DNA of 44,179 nucleotides from Kiritimatiellia bacterium (GTDB taxonomy: Bacteria > Verrucomicrobiota > Kiritimatiellia > RFP12 > UBA1067), in assembly GCA_017507065.1 (NCBI GenBank), contig JAFWBO010000063.1:1-44179 (forward strand), in the 5' to 3' direction. Numbering within the stretch: position 1 is the first letter of the stretch; every line of letters begins with the position of its first letter. A program made the position numbers and the translations under genes. Positions 43,527-44,179 of the stretch are shown piece by piece. The notes beneath the pieces were generated by a model, which was not told the DNA's origin, made no database searches, and worked only from the letters and a program-made list of their open reading frames with translations.

Positions 43527-43630
43527 GTGCGCCGATAAAACACGATGCTGTCATGCTGATAAGGCAGTCAAGTGCTTTGTGATCTTTGTGTGCTTTGCGG
43601 ATAAAAACAGAAAAAGAAAGGAAAAGTGAA

Positions 43631-43906
43631 ATGATACGGATCAACTGTTTTCTGGCGACCAAGGAAGGCCGCCGCGAAGAGGCGCTCGAAGCGGCCAAGG
43701 CGCTGACCGCCGTCTCGCTCACGCAGGACGGATGCGTTGCCTACGACGTGTTCGAGAGCGCGACTCGCCCCGGCGTCCTCGTTATCTGCGAGACGTGGCG
43801 CGATCAGGCGGCGCTCGACGCGCATTCCGCCAGCGAGCCGTTCAAGAAGTACGTTGGCGTGATGAGCGAGACGAGCGAGCTCAAGATCGAGAGCTTCAAT
43901 TTCTGA
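43631..43906 (+). CDS. antibiotic-biosynthesis-monooxygenase (ABM) domain protein
   Basis: Start at MIRINCFL (AAAGGAAAAG upstream); 91 aa. ...DGCVAYDVFES...ICETWRDQAALDAHSASEPFKKY is the typical ABM ferredoxin-like fold signature. Confidence 0.8.
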   Translation: MIRINCFLATKEGRREEALEAAKALTAVSLTQDGCVAYDVFESATRPGVLVICETWRDQAALDAHSASEPFKKYVGVMSETSELKIESFNF

Positions 43907-44042
43907 CGATCGTAGCGCCGTCACGAGGGCTCTGACGGCATGTGTCGCCGCACTTGCTGCGCGTGCAAAGATTTTCTTGCCGGAGTTTAGCAGACGGTTC
44001 GAATGTTTCCGCTGCCGGCAAACTGCGATGGCAAACTCGGGG

Positions 44043-44071
44043 TTGAAGAAACTGCGAAATTTTGGTAAAAT
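44043..44071 (+). promoter_or_regulatory. sigma70-type promoter for rpmH (TTGAAG-17 nt-TAAAAT, TGn)
   Basis: TTGAAG at 44043-44048 and TGGTAAAAT at 44063-44071, 36 nt upstream of the rpmH ATG, which has an AAGGAG SD. Confidence 0.55.
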
Positions 44072-44106
44072 ATACGAACATTTGACAATCAAGGAGAAAC
44101 AGAATA

Positions 44107-44179
44107 ATGAAAATGACATGGCAGCCGTCGAAGATCAAGCGGAAACGGAAAATCGGTTACCGCGCCCGTAAAGCGACCA
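44107..44179 (+). CDS. rpmH: 50S ribosomal protein L34 (5' part, truncated by window end)
   Basis: Hand-translated MKMTWQPSKIKRKRKIGYRARKAT..., matching the L34 pattern (M.RT.QPS...R.R.HGFR.RM.T). The track ORF 43977-44171 is in a different frame and is spurious. Confidence 0.85.
   Translation, partial: MKMTWQPSKIKRKRKIGYRARKAT

Noticed and set aside
43596-43604. DnaA-box-like TGCGGATAA near rpmH, raising the possibility of oriC.
   Set aside because: It is a single 8/9 match, with no cluster of boxes, no AT-rich 13-mer-type unwinding repeats, and no dnaA gene in the window.
43917-43939. Hairpin GCCGTCA-N9-TGACGGC after the ABM gene as an intrinsic terminator.
   Set aside because: The stem is good but no T-run follows, so it may be a stabilising 3' structure. 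It is not annotated as a terminator.
1-44179. Search by eye for CRISPR arrays, IS elements, integrases, phage genes, toxin-antitoxin pairs or defence-system hallmarks.
   Set aside because: No spaced direct repeats, terminal inverted repeats, or transposase, recombinase or nuclease-type ORFs were seen. The window looks like core chromosome.

Overview
GC-rich bacterial chromosomal window, about 95% coding. It holds about 44 protein genes, 3 tRNAs, no rRNA, no CRISPR array and no recognisable mobile element. All family calls come from motifs I recognise by eye in the supplied translations; no database search was run.

Gene content, left to right:
- A DEAD-box RNA helicase with a long basic low-complexity N-terminus.
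- rpsL-rpsG, ended by a strong intrinsic terminator with no fusA/tuf after it.
- A small secreted repeat protein, then a partial V-type ATPase cluster (subunits D, I, K only), then a start/stop-overlapping 595-aa polytopic membrane protein.
- On the minus strand, tRNA-Leu(GAG)-infC-psd-pssA.
- purE, an orphan GspE/PilB-type ATPase, rpoN and a DinG-like helicase, with overlapping stop/start codons at the purE-gspE and rpoN-dinG junctions.
- A promoter driving tRNA-Leu(CAG)-tRNA-Glu(CTC). This runs straight into a roughly 10 kb co-directional array: AsmA-like protein, rsmA, hexokinase-family kinase, SurA-like PPIase, XRE-cupin regulator, accD, accA, then three overlap-coupled poorly characterised genes.
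- A secreted CHAP/NlpC-like protein, a membrane metallophosphoesterase, a sugar MFS transporter with galK, a secreted low-complexity protein, a PpiD-like chaperone, dut and def.
- On the minus strand, a standalone CBM48 protein and a complete aromatic supraoperon pheA-trpE-trpG/D-trpC-trpB-trpA-trpF.
- An ABM-domain protein and the 5' end of rpmH.

Most interesting signal: the ORF track missed a 25-codon leader ORF with tandem Trp codons (MSNREYFSNCWWRRCGFGLAARFAA) because it is too short. It is followed by a strong intrinsic terminator just upstream of pheA, which looks like a classical ribosome-mediated attenuator. Its ATG sits about 8 nt after an extended -10 box, so it may be translated leaderless.

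Other points worth a second look:
- Two independent cases where a tRNA gene leads an mRNA operon.
- A probable ATC start for infC.
- The split V-ATPase cluster with a Na+-type proteolipid signature.
- An accDA-linked triad: a phosphomutase-like metalloenzyme, a Cys-rich possibly U32-like protein and a secreted thioredoxin-like protein.

The many long antisense ORFs in the track are GC-content artefacts.
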